Assembly: GCA_038329515.1 (NCBI GenBank)
Contig: JBBQNA010000002.1
Coordinates: 1-56,660, forward strand
Direction: 5' to 3'
Origin: Candidatus Limnocylindrales bacterium
Lineage (GTDB): Bacteria; Chloroflexota; Limnocylindria; Limnocylindrales; CSP1-4
DNA: 56,660 nt
How positions within the stretch are numbered: position 1 is the stretch's first letter; each line of letters opens with the position of its first letter. Shown here in pieces: positions 10,220 through 19,646 of the stretch. The translations under genes were made by a program, and so were the position numbers. The notes beneath the pieces are model-generated. The model worked only from the letters and a program-made list of their open reading frames with translations. It was not told the DNA's origin and did no database searches.

Positions 10220-10530
10220 TCAGGTGCTGGCGAGACCCTGTTCCAGCTTGGCCATCGCCCGGTGACCGAGAAGCTGGGCGCCTTCTGGCGGGGGCGGGAA
10301 CGCCTTGAGCGTCTGATGGATCGGCCGGTCACCATCTGGGCGCCAGCGACCATGAATGCCCGCTCCAGGAACCAGTCGTAGTACGTGTTCGATGTCGCAT
10401 CGGCCCGCTCATAGGGATCGGTCCGGAGGTTGAACAGCTTCGGGACCCGCAGCGGGACGAAGGGCTCCGACCAGATGCGCATCGTGCCCACGGCCGCTGC
10501 TCCTGGGCCAGCCTCGGCGACGTGGACCAG
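10220..10530 (-). pseudogene. arylsulfatase C-terminal fragment with frameshifts
   Basis: ...WSEPFVPLRVPKLFNLRTDPYERADATSNTYYDWFLERAFMVAGAQMVTG in one frame. PIHQTLKAFPP, RQKAPSFSV and RAMAKLEQGLAST* then alternate between two frames. The whole N-terminal sulfatase domain is absent, since only ~320 nt remain before the next gene. Confidence 0.5.
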
Positions 10531-10849
10531 GTCCCGCGACGGGCGCGAACGGTCGCGGCGACATTGCGTCGAACCCACCGCGGACGATCCACTGCGCTGC
10601 ATACGTCAAGCGCACGGCACGCTTTCCGGATACGCCGAACGGTGAGGCTGCCTGCGGTGGGCCCGAGAGCCGTTTGGCTCACGCGTTTTCGGGTCGTTTC
10701 GGACGATGGGCGCCGTCACAACCAGGCGGGCACCAAGTCGGCTCTGGCTCCAGCCCGGTGCTCAGACGCAACCCGAGTGCGGCCGGATCCGCGGTCGGGT
10801 CGATCTGACAGCAACACGTCCCGGGATAGCCTGCGGGGGCCGACCTCGG

Positions 10850-12286
10850 TCAGGCGCGGACGCGAGCCTCCAGGGCCGCATCCAGCGAGCCCTCGAAGGC
10901 CGAGACGACGCGCTCGATGAGGTCCCCTTCCGCGTGCGCCTCGCACATGAACCAGGGCTCCCGCGAGTCGGGCTCGGGCATCGCGCCGCGGGGGAACATG
11001 CCGCGCGCCACATCGTCGTACAGCTCGTGATCGGTGCCCGCCCAGCCGCGATAGTCGGCCGGCAGCACGTCCGTGAACATGATCCCGAACATGGCGGGCA
11101 CGCCCGTGAACACATGTGGCAGCCCGCGACGCTCGATGACCTGTCGCAGCCCGGCCTGCACCTGCAGGCCATTGTCGGCGACGGTGCCGAGGGCATCCGT
11201 GTCGCGCATGATCGAGAGCACCTTGGTGGCTGCGGCGGCCGCTACCCGGTTGCCGGCGTACGTGCCGCCATGGCTCACGTGATCGGGCAGCATGTCCATC
11301 ACATCGCGGCGACCACCAAAGGCCGCGGCCGGATAGCCATTGCCCATCGCCTTGGCATAGGTGGCCAAGTCGGGCGTGATGCCGAACAGCTCTGCGGCGC
11401 CGCCTCGGGCCAGCCGGAAGCCGGTCTTGACCTCATCGAAGATGAGCAGCGCGCCGAACTCCCGGGTCATGGCCCGGACGCCCTCCAGGAAGCCCAGCTG
11501 GGGCATGATCCCCTGTGCGTTGCCCAGGATGGGCTCGATGATGACAGCGGCGATATCGTCGCCTTCCCGCTCGAAGATCCGGCGCAGGCCCTCCAGGTCG
11601 TTGTAGACCGCAGGGATGACCGTCTCCTTGATGGCCTCCGGGATGCCTCGACCCCACGCCAGTCGGACGGGCTCGGCTCGGTCACCAAGGTCGGTCACAT
11701 CGGCGGGCAGGACGCTGATGAGGGCGTAGTCGTGGACGCCGTGGTACTGGCCCTCGAACTTCACGATGCGATCCCGTCCGGTGAAACCGCGGGCGACGCG
11801 GATGGCATGCATCGTGGCTTCCGTGCCGGAGACCGTCATGCGCGCCATGTCGCAGAAGGTCATCTCGCAGATGAGCTCCGCGACCGACACCTCATCCTCG
11901 CTGGTCAGGCTGAAGCTGACCCCGCGGCGCATCCGCTCGTTGACGTAGTCGTCCACGCGTGGGTCGGCATGACCCAGGATGGCCGGTCCATAGCCCATCC
12001 GCAGGTCCACGAACTCGGTCCCGTCGAGGTCCCAGACACGCCCACCGAGGCCCCGGTCGACATAGATGGTGTCCTCACCCCAGGCGCGGAAGTTGGAATC
12101 CGTACCGCCGGGCATGGACTTGAGCGCGCGGTGGTAGGTCGCGACCTGACGACCGCGTGGCAGGGGGGCTGCCGTGACTTCTGCTGGAGGGAGAGGTGCC
12201 GCCGCCTGGGAGGGAGGAGTCGCTGCCGGGGGGCGGGACCTGCGGGGAGAGGCTGAGGTGCCCGGGGGACTTGTCTGGATGGCCAT
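10850..12286 (-). CDS. class III (GSA-aminomutase-like) pyridoxal-phosphate aminotransferase
   Basis: ...DLDGTEFVDLRMGYGPAILGHADP..., ...SGTEATMHAIRVARGFTGR..., ...LIFDEVKTGFRLARGGA...YAKAMGNGYP. A Pro/Ala-rich N-terminal extension of ~50 aa is present. Confidence 0.88.
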   Translation of the reverse strand: MAIQTSPPGTSASPRRSRPPAATPPSQAAAPLPPAEVTAAPLPRGRQVATYHRALKSMPGGTDSNFRAWGEDTIYVDRGLGGRVWDLDGTEFVDLRMGYGPAILGHADPRVDDYVNERMRRGVSFSLTSEDEVSVAELICEMTFCDMARMTVSGTEATMHAIRVARGFTGRDRIVKFEGQYHGVHDYALISVLPADVTDLGDRAEPVRLAWGRGIPEAIKETVIPAVYNDLEGLRRIFEREGDDIAAVIIEPILGNAQGIMPQLGFLEGVRAMTREFGALLIFDEVKTGFRLARGGAAELFGITPDLATYAKAMGNGYPAAAFGGRRDVMDMLPDHVSHGGTYAGNRVAAAAATKVLSIMRDTDALGTVADNGLQVQAGLRQVIERRGLPHVFTGVPAMFGIMFTDVLPADYRGWAGTDHELYDDVARGMFPRGAMPEPDSREPWFMCEAHAEGDLIERVVSAFEGSLDAALEARVRA

Positions 12287-12413
12287 GACACTCCTCTGCT
12301 GCGATATCCGCAGGCAATATGCCCGTTGATGACGGATCCGCGTGCGTGGTGCCTCAGAATACTACGAGAACCGCAATGTTGTCCTCGTGTGAACGACCCG
12401 CTTCGGTTGCCCT

Positions 12414-13778
12414 TCAGGCGTCGCCAAGGATCTGGTCTGCCACGTTACGGGCATGGAGCCGCAGCTCCGGGACCGCCGTGGACTCCCATTCGGCGCCCTT
12501 GCGCAGCGACCCCATCGCCCACAGGCCGGGCTGCGGAGCACCGTCCGGCATGCGCAACTGACCGTCCGGCTCGACATCCAGGCCGAGACCGAGGGGATGT
12601 CGACTCGCGACCCGGGATTCCAGCAAGGTCGCCAGGAATGGGTCACGACGGGCATCCGCACTCGGGCCGACGCAGACCACGACGGCGTCGACCGTGACAT
12701 CCCGGGGCATCCCGGCCGCGACGTGCGACACGTGTACCCGATCGCCGTCTGCGGTGACACCCGTGACTCGCGCGTGCTCGACCACCAGTCGACCGCTTGC
12801 CCGGAGCTGCTCTACGACGGCCGCTACCTGGGGCGCCATCCGGTGACGACGGACATCCCAGCGCCGGGCAAGATGACGCACGAATCGCTGCTGCTCGGCG
12901 AGTGGCAGGTCCCGCCAGAGACCCACGGTCTGGGGCCGGACACCATCCACGACCTGGCGCCAATCGCGAGCGTCCGCGTTCGCGGCGCGCGCGGCCGCCA
13001 TGGCCCCGCGGACCGACCGGCCCGCGCGATCCCCCACGCTCACGAATGGGGCCACTGCAGGCAGCACCTGCGGCACGTGCGCCTCCGGTAGCAGGCCGTG
13101 GGACGAGAGCATCCGGACTCTACCCTCGTGGCCCGCGTCGCGCAGCGACAGGATCACGTCCACAGCGGTCAACCCGCTGCCCACGATGAGCACCTCGTCG
13201 TTCGACCCGATGCGCGCGATGCCCTCCCCTGACCACGGATCGGCCACGACCCGGGGATGGTCGAGGGCACCGGTCAACAGAGCAAGGGCATTGCCCGTCG
13301 CCAGGATCACGTGATCCGCTTCGATCGCCTGGCCGTCATCGGTGGCCACGGTCCATCGACCGGCTGGCAGCGCCGACAGGCCAGTCACTCGACCCCGGAC
13401 GTGCTCCGCCCGACCAGCCAGCGTGTCCCGGAGGTACCCGCCATAGAGCATCCGGGGCAGGAAATCGGTCCCCTGCGCGTCGATGCCCTGGCGCTGGGAC
13501 CAAGCCAGGAAGTGGCCGCCGTCCTCGGGGTAGGCACTCATGCCACTCGCGCGCACGTTGAGCAGGTGGGACGGCGAGCGGGTGCCATACGCTGCACCTC
13601 GGCCCAGCTCCTCGGCGGGTTCGATGACCACGATCCGGCGGGGTGTCTGCGCCGGATGCTCAGCGATGCGGATCGCCGCGAGGGTGCCAGCCGCACCCCC
13701 ACCGACGATGACGACAGTCAGTGGCTCGTCCACGTTCGTCGTCCCCGGGAGCGTCACGCGTCCGTCGGCACGACCCAT
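12414..13778 (-). CDS. FAD/NAD(P)-binding protein (NAD_binding_9-like oxidoreductase)
   Basis: ORF trimmed to the ATG at 13778. Has the VVIVGGGAAGTLAAIRI dinucleotide-binding fold and a second ...VLIVGSGLTAVDV... Rossmann motif. The start overlaps the DUF885 stop by 25 nt. Confidence 0.72.
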   Translation of the reverse strand: MGRADGRVTLPGTTNVDEPLTVVIVGGGAAGTLAAIRIAEHPAQTPRRIVVIEPAEELGRGAAYGTRSPSHLLNVRASGMSAYPEDGGHFLAWSQRQGIDAQGTDFLPRMLYGGYLRDTLAGRAEHVRGRVTGLSALPAGRWTVATDDGQAIEADHVILATGNALALLTGALDHPRVVADPWSGEGIARIGSNDEVLIVGSGLTAVDVILSLRDAGHEGRVRMLSSHGLLPEAHVPQVLPAVAPFVSVGDRAGRSVRGAMAAARAANADARDWRQVVDGVRPQTVGLWRDLPLAEQQRFVRHLARRWDVRRHRMAPQVAAVVEQLRASGRLVVEHARVTGVTADGDRVHVSHVAAGMPRDVTVDAVVVCVGPSADARRDPFLATLLESRVASRHPLGLGLDVEPDGQLRMPDGAPQPGLWAMGSLRKGAEWESTAVPELRLHARNVADQILGDA

Positions 13779-15451
13779 CGCGGCAGTTCGCGCCGCAAGG
13801 TCGCCAGCGGCAGCGATCCGTGTCCGATGACCTGGTCGTGGAATGCCCGCAGGTCGAACCGATCGCCATCCCGGGCTGCCAGCTGTCGACGGAGTCCCTC
13901 GATCTCGCGCTGGCCCGTGGTGTAGGCGAGCGCCTGCCCGGGCCAGCCGATGTACCGGTCTGTCTCCGTCTCGGCCTCCAGCTGGCTCAAGCCTGCGGTT
14001 CGGCGCAGGAACTCGATGCTCTGCTCGCGGGTCCAGCGGAAGGCATGGATGCCCGTGTCCACCACCAGGCGGGCGGCGCGCCAGGCTTCCGAATCGAGCA
14101 TCCCGAAGCGCTCCCGGTCGTCCTCGTAGAGCCCCATCTCGTCCGCGAGTCGCTCGGCGTACAGCCCCCACCCCTCGGCGTAGGACATGCCCGCCAGCCG
14201 CGACCCGAGGCGTCGGAAGGTGTTCAGGTCCGGCAGCTCGGCTTCCAGCGCGATCTGGAAGTGGTGGCCCGGGGTCGCCTCATGGAAGGTCGTGGCGGCC
14301 AGTCGGTGCAGGGGTCGGGAACCCGGCTGGAAGGTGTTGATGTAGTACCGACCGGGCCGGGAACCATCCGTGGCGGGTGGGAAGTAGAAGGCGGGCGGCG
14401 CCTCCTGCTCCTGGTGGGACTCGACCGGCTTGACCTCGCAGTCGGCGCTGGGCAATCGACCGAACCAGGCCGGTGCCGCGGCGAACGCACGCGCGACCTG
14501 GGCCTCCGCCAGTCGCACCAGCTCGGCCGGCTCCGAGGCGTGGTTGGCGGGGTCCGTCTCCAGGAACGCACGATAGGCGGCGGCGTCGGGGAAACCCAGC
14601 CGCTGGGCGATGACGGTGCGTTCCTCGTCCAGGGCCGCGATGCGCGCCAGACCGTGGTCGTGCAGCGCCTGGGGCGTCTCATCGAGCGTGGTCGAGGCCA
14701 GGATGGCGTAGCGGTAGAGGGCTGCACCGTCGGGCAGCCAGCAGATGCCTTCCCCCTTGCGCGCCTGCGGCAAGTACGCCTCCAGGAGAGCCAGGAACTC
14801 CCGGAGTGCCGGCTGGACGCTGCGGTCGATGACGGCCGCCAGGGCCGCCCGATCCGCATCGCTCAGCTCGGGGTGCGCCGCGAGCAGCGCCGAACCTTCC
14901 GTGGGGGTCTCGACCGCGCGCCGGGTCTGGGTGATGGTCCGCTCCACCACGGCGCGTGCTGCGGTCCGACCCGCCGCGAGGCCGGCGCGGATGTTGTCAC
15001 CGACCGCGGCCATGTACGCCGGGTAGGCATCCAGGCGCGCGATGAGGCGGGCGAGCCGTTCGGGAGTGTCCACGCGCTGGAAGCGGGCCAGCTCGGTGGG
15101 CAGCGTCTGGGGGCCGGACATCTGGTCGATGCCGTCCATCTGCCACAGCTCGTGGGCGTGGTACTCCCGACGCATGTGGGCGACGACCCGCAGGATATCG
15201 AGCGTGACCCGGTCCTCCGTCGGCAGGCCCGGATCCTCCAGGGCCGCAGCATCCCGCTCCAGCTCGTCCAGGGCGGCGAGTTCATCCGCGCGCCCAGCTG
15301 CAGAGGGGTCGTCCAGGCGGTCATCCCAGCGCTCGTCACCAAAGACGGTCGCCCAGCCTGGATTCCGCTCCAGGAACCTGTCCCAGAACCGGTCCGCGAG
15401 CGCGTCCACGGCACTCGGCGCAGCCTGGTCGGTGACGGATCGATGGGTCAT
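13754..15451 (-). CDS. DUF885 family protein (putative metallopeptidase-like)
   Basis: 565 aa. ...TTFHEATPGHHFQIALE... is the HExxPGHH signature of DUF885. A GGAGGA RBS lies 3 nt upstream of the ATG. Confidence 0.82.
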   Translation of the reverse strand: MTHRSVTDQAAPSAVDALADRFWDRFLERNPGWATVFGDERWDDRLDDPSAAGRADELAALDELERDAAALEDPGLPTEDRVTLDILRVVAHMRREYHAHELWQMDGIDQMSGPQTLPTELARFQRVDTPERLARLIARLDAYPAYMAAVGDNIRAGLAAGRTAARAVVERTITQTRRAVETPTEGSALLAAHPELSDADRAALAAVIDRSVQPALREFLALLEAYLPQARKGEGICWLPDGAALYRYAILASTTLDETPQALHDHGLARIAALDEERTVIAQRLGFPDAAAYRAFLETDPANHASEPAELVRLAEAQVARAFAAAPAWFGRLPSADCEVKPVESHQEQEAPPAFYFPPATDGSRPGRYYINTFQPGSRPLHRLAATTFHEATPGHHFQIALEAELPDLNTFRRLGSRLAGMSYAEGWGLYAERLADEMGLYEDDRERFGMLDSEAWRAARLVVDTGIHAFRWTREQSIEFLRRTAGLSQLEAETETDRYIGWPGQALAYTTGQREIEGLRRQLAARDGDRFDLRAFHDQVIGHGSLPLATLRRELPRWVVPTDA

Positions 15452-15466
15452 GTGTCCTCCAGGGGC

Positions 15467-18400
15467 CTAGCCGAACAGCGGCAGCTGCTCGCCGAGTCGT
15501 TCGATGGGTGGATCGAGGCCGAGCAGGGGGGCCAGGTCGTCCAGGGTCGGATCGTCGCGGGCGACGAACCGGCGCAGATGCTCCGCCTTGATGATGTGCC
15601 AGTTGTCCTGCTCCAGCCGCTCACGCAACAGCGGCGAGCGAGCGAGCTTCAGCCGGACCAGATCCGTCCTGGCAGCAGGGATGACCAGGAACCGCACGAC
15701 GGTATCACCCGCCGGGATCGCAGCGCCGCGGCGCAGGACGGGCTCCCCCAGCATGGCGGTCCATTCCACCTCGAACAGGAAGGTGGCCTTGCCGCGCAGG
15801 TACCAGATGCAGTCGACCTGCTCCAGCGCTTCCACAGGCCCTGGCGTCACGAGCGGCAGGTACACCCGCTGCTCGACCTCGTTGAGCAGCTCCGCGATGG
15901 GCCGGCCATCCACGCGACGCCGCTGCTCCCGGGGCGCGATCCAGATGCGGAGTCCCAGTCGATGGCCCAGCGCCCCGATCGTCGCGACCAGCTCGCCATG
16001 CTCCTGGTATCGGTCCTGGAGCGAGCCGGAGGCCTGCAGCAGGCCATCAGAGTCGGGTACCACGAAGCGGTAGCTGTCGACGCAGGCCTTGACGAGCTCC
16101 TCATCCGGCGCATCGTGACCCCGGAACATGGATGCGATCCGGGTGTCGAAAGCCGTGGCCGGGATGCCGCCGCTGGTGGACAGCAAGGAGAACACGGCCC
16201 ACTCGACACGATCGGCAAGCGGCGGCCGGGCGGCCTCGATATCGCGCGGATCGCGCAGCCACCAGCGACCGGGCTCTACCTCCAGCAGCCGGGGGTGGTC
16301 GGCCCGATGGAGCTCCGCCGCGATGCTGTCGAGGGTGATCTTGACCGGATCCGCGCCGGCCAGCGGATCGGCGACCTCTGGCACGCTGGCATCTTCCGTC
16401 GACTCGATGACGGGGTCGGCCCTGCGGGCAGGCCCGGTGACCGGAGCGGGCGCGGGCGGCTCTGCGGGTGGCGGCGGCACGACGGGCGCCACGGGCTCGA
16501 TGTCCCCGCCACGGACCAGGCGGCCGGGATCGCGCCACGATCGCGCACGACGGGGCGCCGGGGGGATGGGCGTGGCGGCCCCCAGTGCGTCCGGGTTCCC
16601 GTGGGTCGCGTCCGACGACTCCGCCGTGACGGGCACGACCGGTGCCGGCACCGGCTCCGCGGGACGAGTGAGGTCCGTCCAGAGGCTGGTCACCCGTCGC
16701 AGGTGGCCCGAACGGTCGAGCCCCAGGAGCACCTCACCCAACAATCGTTCATACCGAGCCGGCTCACCACGTGCCTGGAGCACCGCGACCGCCAGCTCAG
16801 CGATGGCCGCCTCCAGCTCATCACGTCGAAAGGGGCCCGTCGCCTTCCCGAGCCTGGGCGCCGAGGGGCCGTCCGGGCCTGCTGGGTCGCGGATGCCGCG
16901 ATCGACGGGCTCGGCGCCGCCGGGCAGGGTCAGTTCGACCACCCCCGTGATCTCCTGGCCCGTCTCGGTGAAGGCTGCGTCGCGCATCCGGAAGCCGGCA
17001 CCGACCGCGCCCAGGACGCTCGCGACCACCGCCGCGGACGGCTGGCGGTCGAGCAACAGCACCGCTGTCCCATCGGCCTCAAGGTGTGGTCGTACCCCAT
17101 CCAGCGACCGCCGCAGCTCCACCGCGTCGCGTGCCCACTCGCTGCGTTGCTCGGTCCGGGACGCCTGCTCGAACACCAGGTCCAGCGGCAGGCTGAGCGT
17201 GGCGTCCATGCCCAGGCCGAGGGCAGTGGCGAGGTAGGCGAACGCGAGGTTCTCGGGCGACCAGTGGATGGGTGGCTGGACCATGGCCAGGCGTACCCGG
17301 GAGCGCAGGGGGCCTTCGGGGTCCACGCCCAGCTGCGCACCCGTCGGGTGCTGGCCTGTGGCGTGCGCGCTCGTCCCGTGTTGGCCGGTGGCGTGGGTGC
17401 CCGTCCCGTGCTGGCCGGTGGCGTGGGTGCCCGTCCCGTGTTGGACGGTCGTGCCACGCGGGCCTGCTGGGCTGTTGGGCCCGGCCCTGAACGGCCCTGT
17501 GACTCGGTCGAACGCTCCGGTGCCTGTGGTCGGCCTGGAGGTCGGGCTCGGCAGCGGGGCCAGAGGGCTCGGGGTGGTCGGGAGCGGCTCGGAGAAGGTG
17601 GCGTCCTGGCGCACGACCACGTTAGCGGTACCGTCCCGAAGGGCCATCAGGTCGGGCCCGAAGCGAGCGTGGAACGTGCCCTGGCGACCCGTCTCCAGCC
17701 GCTGCACGAAGGTGCGCACCAGTCGGAAGCTGTCCTCCAGGAGCAGCCACGGATTTCGCTCCCGCCACTGTCGGTCACCCACGGGCCGCAGCTTGCCGGC
17801 CACGATGCGTGGCTGCGCGACCCGCCCCGGGAAGCTGTTCAGCTTGCTCGCGGGCAGCAGCATACCCACGAGGACCAGTCGCAGGGCAGCCTCGATGCCG
17901 GGCGCCCGCATGTCCGATTCGATGCGCTCGATGGTGCCCGCGATGGCATCCAGGGCACGCGGGGTGTACAGGTCCAGCAGCTGATCGGGCAGCTCGTGGA
18001 GGGGATCGGGGACGGGGAACCGGCCGATCAGACGGTTGCGTGCCGGCTCACCATCCGCTGCCTTGGCGGACGCGATGTCTTCCCGGTCGACGGGCACCGC
18101 GCGACTGTCGCCCGTGCGGGTCTCCCGGCAATGACCGCAGCGATACGAGCGACGGGATGGGGCGACGGCATCGCCGTCCCACACGAACTCCTCGACGATG
18201 ACCGGGCCACCGCAGCTCGCGCAGCGCGAGGTGAAGCCGCGCTCGATGGACTCGCGTAGCGACAGGCCGCCGCGCTGGGCGTTGGCGAGCGCGGCGAATG
18301 CAGCGTCCAGGTGTCGCAGGTCGGGCGGGCGCAGCACGATCTCCGCCACCAGACGGGTGAGCGACGTGGTCTCCAGGTCGAAGCCCCGTCGCAGGTCCTC

Positions 18401-18583
18401 GGCGGCAGCACGTGTCACCCAACCGCCACGGCCGTGGAGTTCCACGACGGTGTCGGAGGGTGCGCTACGGGCACCGATCCAGAACCGGACATCCGCCTCC
18501 GGAGGCGGTGGCGCGAGTCGGTCGAAGGCGGGCAGGGCACCTGCACGTCGGGACCGGGGAGGTGTGGCTCGAGGGTCCGCCAT
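15467..18583 (-). CDS. large hypothetical protein: Cys4 zinc ribbon, methyltransferase-like core with degenerate QPPI motif, low-complexity linkers, nuclease-like C-terminal domain
   Basis: 1038 aa with good codon bias. Zinc ribbon: CASCGG...(26 aa)...CGHC. LYTPRALDAI and ...RERNPW... segments are present. VRLAMVQPPIHWSPENLAFAYL sits where N6/N4 methylases carry (D/N/S)PP(Y/F). The C-terminus has ...VDCIWYLRGKATFLFEVEW..., a D-X14-ExE pattern. Confidence 0.8.
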   Translation of the reverse strand: MADPRATPPRSRRAGALPAFDRLAPPPPEADVRFWIGARSAPSDTVVELHGRGGWVTRAAAEDLRRGFDLETTSLTRLVAEIVLRPPDLRHLDAAFAALANAQRGGLSLRESIERGFTSRCASCGGPVIVEEFVWDGDAVAPSRRSYRCGHCRETRTGDSRAVPVDREDIASAKAADGEPARNRLIGRFPVPDPLHELPDQLLDLYTPRALDAIAGTIERIESDMRAPGIEAALRLVLVGMLLPASKLNSFPGRVAQPRIVAGKLRPVGDRQWRERNPWLLLEDSFRLVRTFVQRLETGRQGTFHARFGPDLMALRDGTANVVVRQDATFSEPLPTTPSPLAPLPSPTSRPTTGTGAFDRVTGPFRAGPNSPAGPRGTTVQHGTGTHATGQHGTGTHATGQHGTSAHATGQHPTGAQLGVDPEGPLRSRVRLAMVQPPIHWSPENLAFAYLATALGLGMDATLSLPLDLVFEQASRTEQRSEWARDAVELRRSLDGVRPHLEADGTAVLLLDRQPSAAVVASVLGAVGAGFRMRDAAFTETGQEITGVVELTLPGGAEPVDRGIRDPAGPDGPSAPRLGKATGPFRRDELEAAIAELAVAVLQARGEPARYERLLGEVLLGLDRSGHLRRVTSLWTDLTRPAEPVPAPVVPVTAESSDATHGNPDALGAATPIPPAPRRARSWRDPGRLVRGGDIEPVAPVVPPPPAEPPAPAPVTGPARRADPVIESTEDASVPEVADPLAGADPVKITLDSIAAELHRADHPRLLEVEPGRWWLRDPRDIEAARPPLADRVEWAVFSLLSTSGGIPATAFDTRIASMFRGHDAPDEELVKACVDSYRFVVPDSDGLLQASGSLQDRYQEHGELVATIGALGHRLGLRIWIAPREQRRRVDGRPIAELLNEVEQRVYLPLVTPGPVEALEQVDCIWYLRGKATFLFEVEWTAMLGEPVLRRGAAIPAGDTVVRFLVIPAARTDLVRLKLARSPLLRERLEQDNWHIIKAEHLRRFVARDDPTLDDLAPLLGLDPPIERLGEQLPLFG
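17341..17450. repeat. 30-bp in-frame tandem repeat (about 3.7 copies) inside the 1038-aa gene
   Basis: ccgtcccgtg(c/t)tggccggtggcgtgggtgc units encode (HATGQHGTGT)n: GTGTHATGQHGTGTHATGQHGTSAHATGQHPTG. Confidence 0.9.
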
Positions 18584-18635
18584 CGCGGCTCAGTCCAGGT
18601 CGAGGAGGCCCGCTCCGATGCGGGCCGCTCGGCTG

Positions 18636-19502
18636 CTAGTCGTCCTCGTCCTCGTCCGACTCCTCGGCCTCGAACGCTTCGTCCATGGTCACATCGGCAG
18701 GCACGAGTGATCCGATATCGAGGATATCGTCCTCTTCCTCGTCCATCTCGAGATCGTCGTCGAGCTCCATCTCCTCGCGCACCAGCGTGCCCTTGGTGTA
18801 TGGCCGCAGGTCGGAGATGCGGGCGGCGGTCGGGAACGAGACCTTGCCATAGTTGTTGGGGTCCTGGTAGGTCTCCCGGATGATGATCCGGACGTCCTTG
18901 TCACCCAGGCTGGTGACGCCGGCGGCGTAGGTGTTGCCGTCCGCGATGAGCTTCAGCAGGCGAGCCGCGACACGGGGCTCGACGACGCCGATGGGCAGCC
19001 CGTTGGAGGTCGCCTGGAGTCGGGGGCCCACGGTGCTCAGCTCGACCGCATCACCGGGGTTGACCTGGGCCAGCTCGCGGGAGCTGGCAAGGTCGACGAG
19101 GTGAGCGAAGCCGGTCTTGCCGGTCTCCTCGACGAAGATGCTCACCGGCGCCTTGCTGCCGGGCTTGGCGGGCACGGTCTTCTTGCCGGCCTCTGCCAGG
19201 AGGGTGCGCAGGCGGTTGATGTTGCGCTCGGCGATCCGGTTCGTGGGATCCAGCGCCAGCGCCGCCTGGTAGTGCTCACGGGCGGTGGATAGCTCGCCCT
19301 GCTCCCAGAACGCCTTCGCAAGCCGGTTCTCGGCCTCGCTGTCGGGGCCCATCTCGAGCAATCGCTCGTTGATGCGGGCGGCCTCTTCCCATTCCGCGGC
19401 GGTCGCCGCATCGATGGCCTGCTCGACCAGCTGGCGCTTGAGTCGGGTGGTGGTCAGGGCGTTCGAGGGTGCGTTCCCCTCGGTCAGGCTGTTGAAGCTC
19501 AT
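18636..19502 (-). CDS. TPR-repeat protein with a strongly acidic C-terminal tail
   Basis: ORF trimmed to the ATG at 19502 (a GAGGAG RBS lies 5 nt upstream). TPR-like ...WEEAARINERLLEMGPDSEAENRLAKAFWEQGELSTAREHYQAALALDPTN.... The C-terminus is EEMELDDDLEMDEEEDD...EESDEDEDD. Confidence 0.72.
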   Translation of the reverse strand: MSFNSLTEGNAPSNALTTTRLKRQLVEQAIDAATAAEWEEAARINERLLEMGPDSEAENRLAKAFWEQGELSTAREHYQAALALDPTNRIAERNINRLRTLLAEAGKKTVPAKPGSKAPVSIFVEETGKTGFAHLVDLASSRELAQVNPGDAVELSTVGPRLQATSNGLPIGVVEPRVAARLLKLIADGNTYAAGVTSLGDKDVRIIIRETYQDPNNYGKVSFPTAARISDLRPYTKGTLVREEMELDDDLEMDEEEDDILDIGSLVPADVTMDEAFEAEESDEDEDD

Positions 19503-19592
19503 GGACTCCTCGGATCCGGCAGGACAGCCGGCGGGTGGGCGCGCGAACGCGCTCCGGTTTCGAGAACGGGGCGACAACGGATGGTATCACGC

Positions 19593-19646
19593 TCCCGGGG
19601 AGTGGCGGACCGCCGGGGAGTGGCGGACCGCCGGGGAGTGGCGTAG
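19593..19646. repeat. 18-bp tandem repeat x3 upstream of the TPR gene
   Basis: (t/c)(c/g)ccggggagtggcggac x2, then cgccggggagtggcgtag. Confidence 0.85.

Noticed and set aside
9766-10602. A 278-aa minus-strand ORF taken at face value as one protein.
   Set aside because: Its 3' third overlaps the PAP2 gene in another frame. Only its middle matches arylsulfatase, and that match keeps switching frame. It is therefore reported as a pseudogene fragment (10220..10530) instead.
13721-18259. A 1512-aa plus-strand ORF, the longest ORF in the window.
   Set aside because: It is exactly antisense to the DUF885 gene and the 1038-aa gene. Its composition is Arg/Gly/Ala/Pro-rich with no recognisable motifs. 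Long stop-free antisense frames are expected in GC-rich DNA. The minus-strand genes carry clear family signatures.
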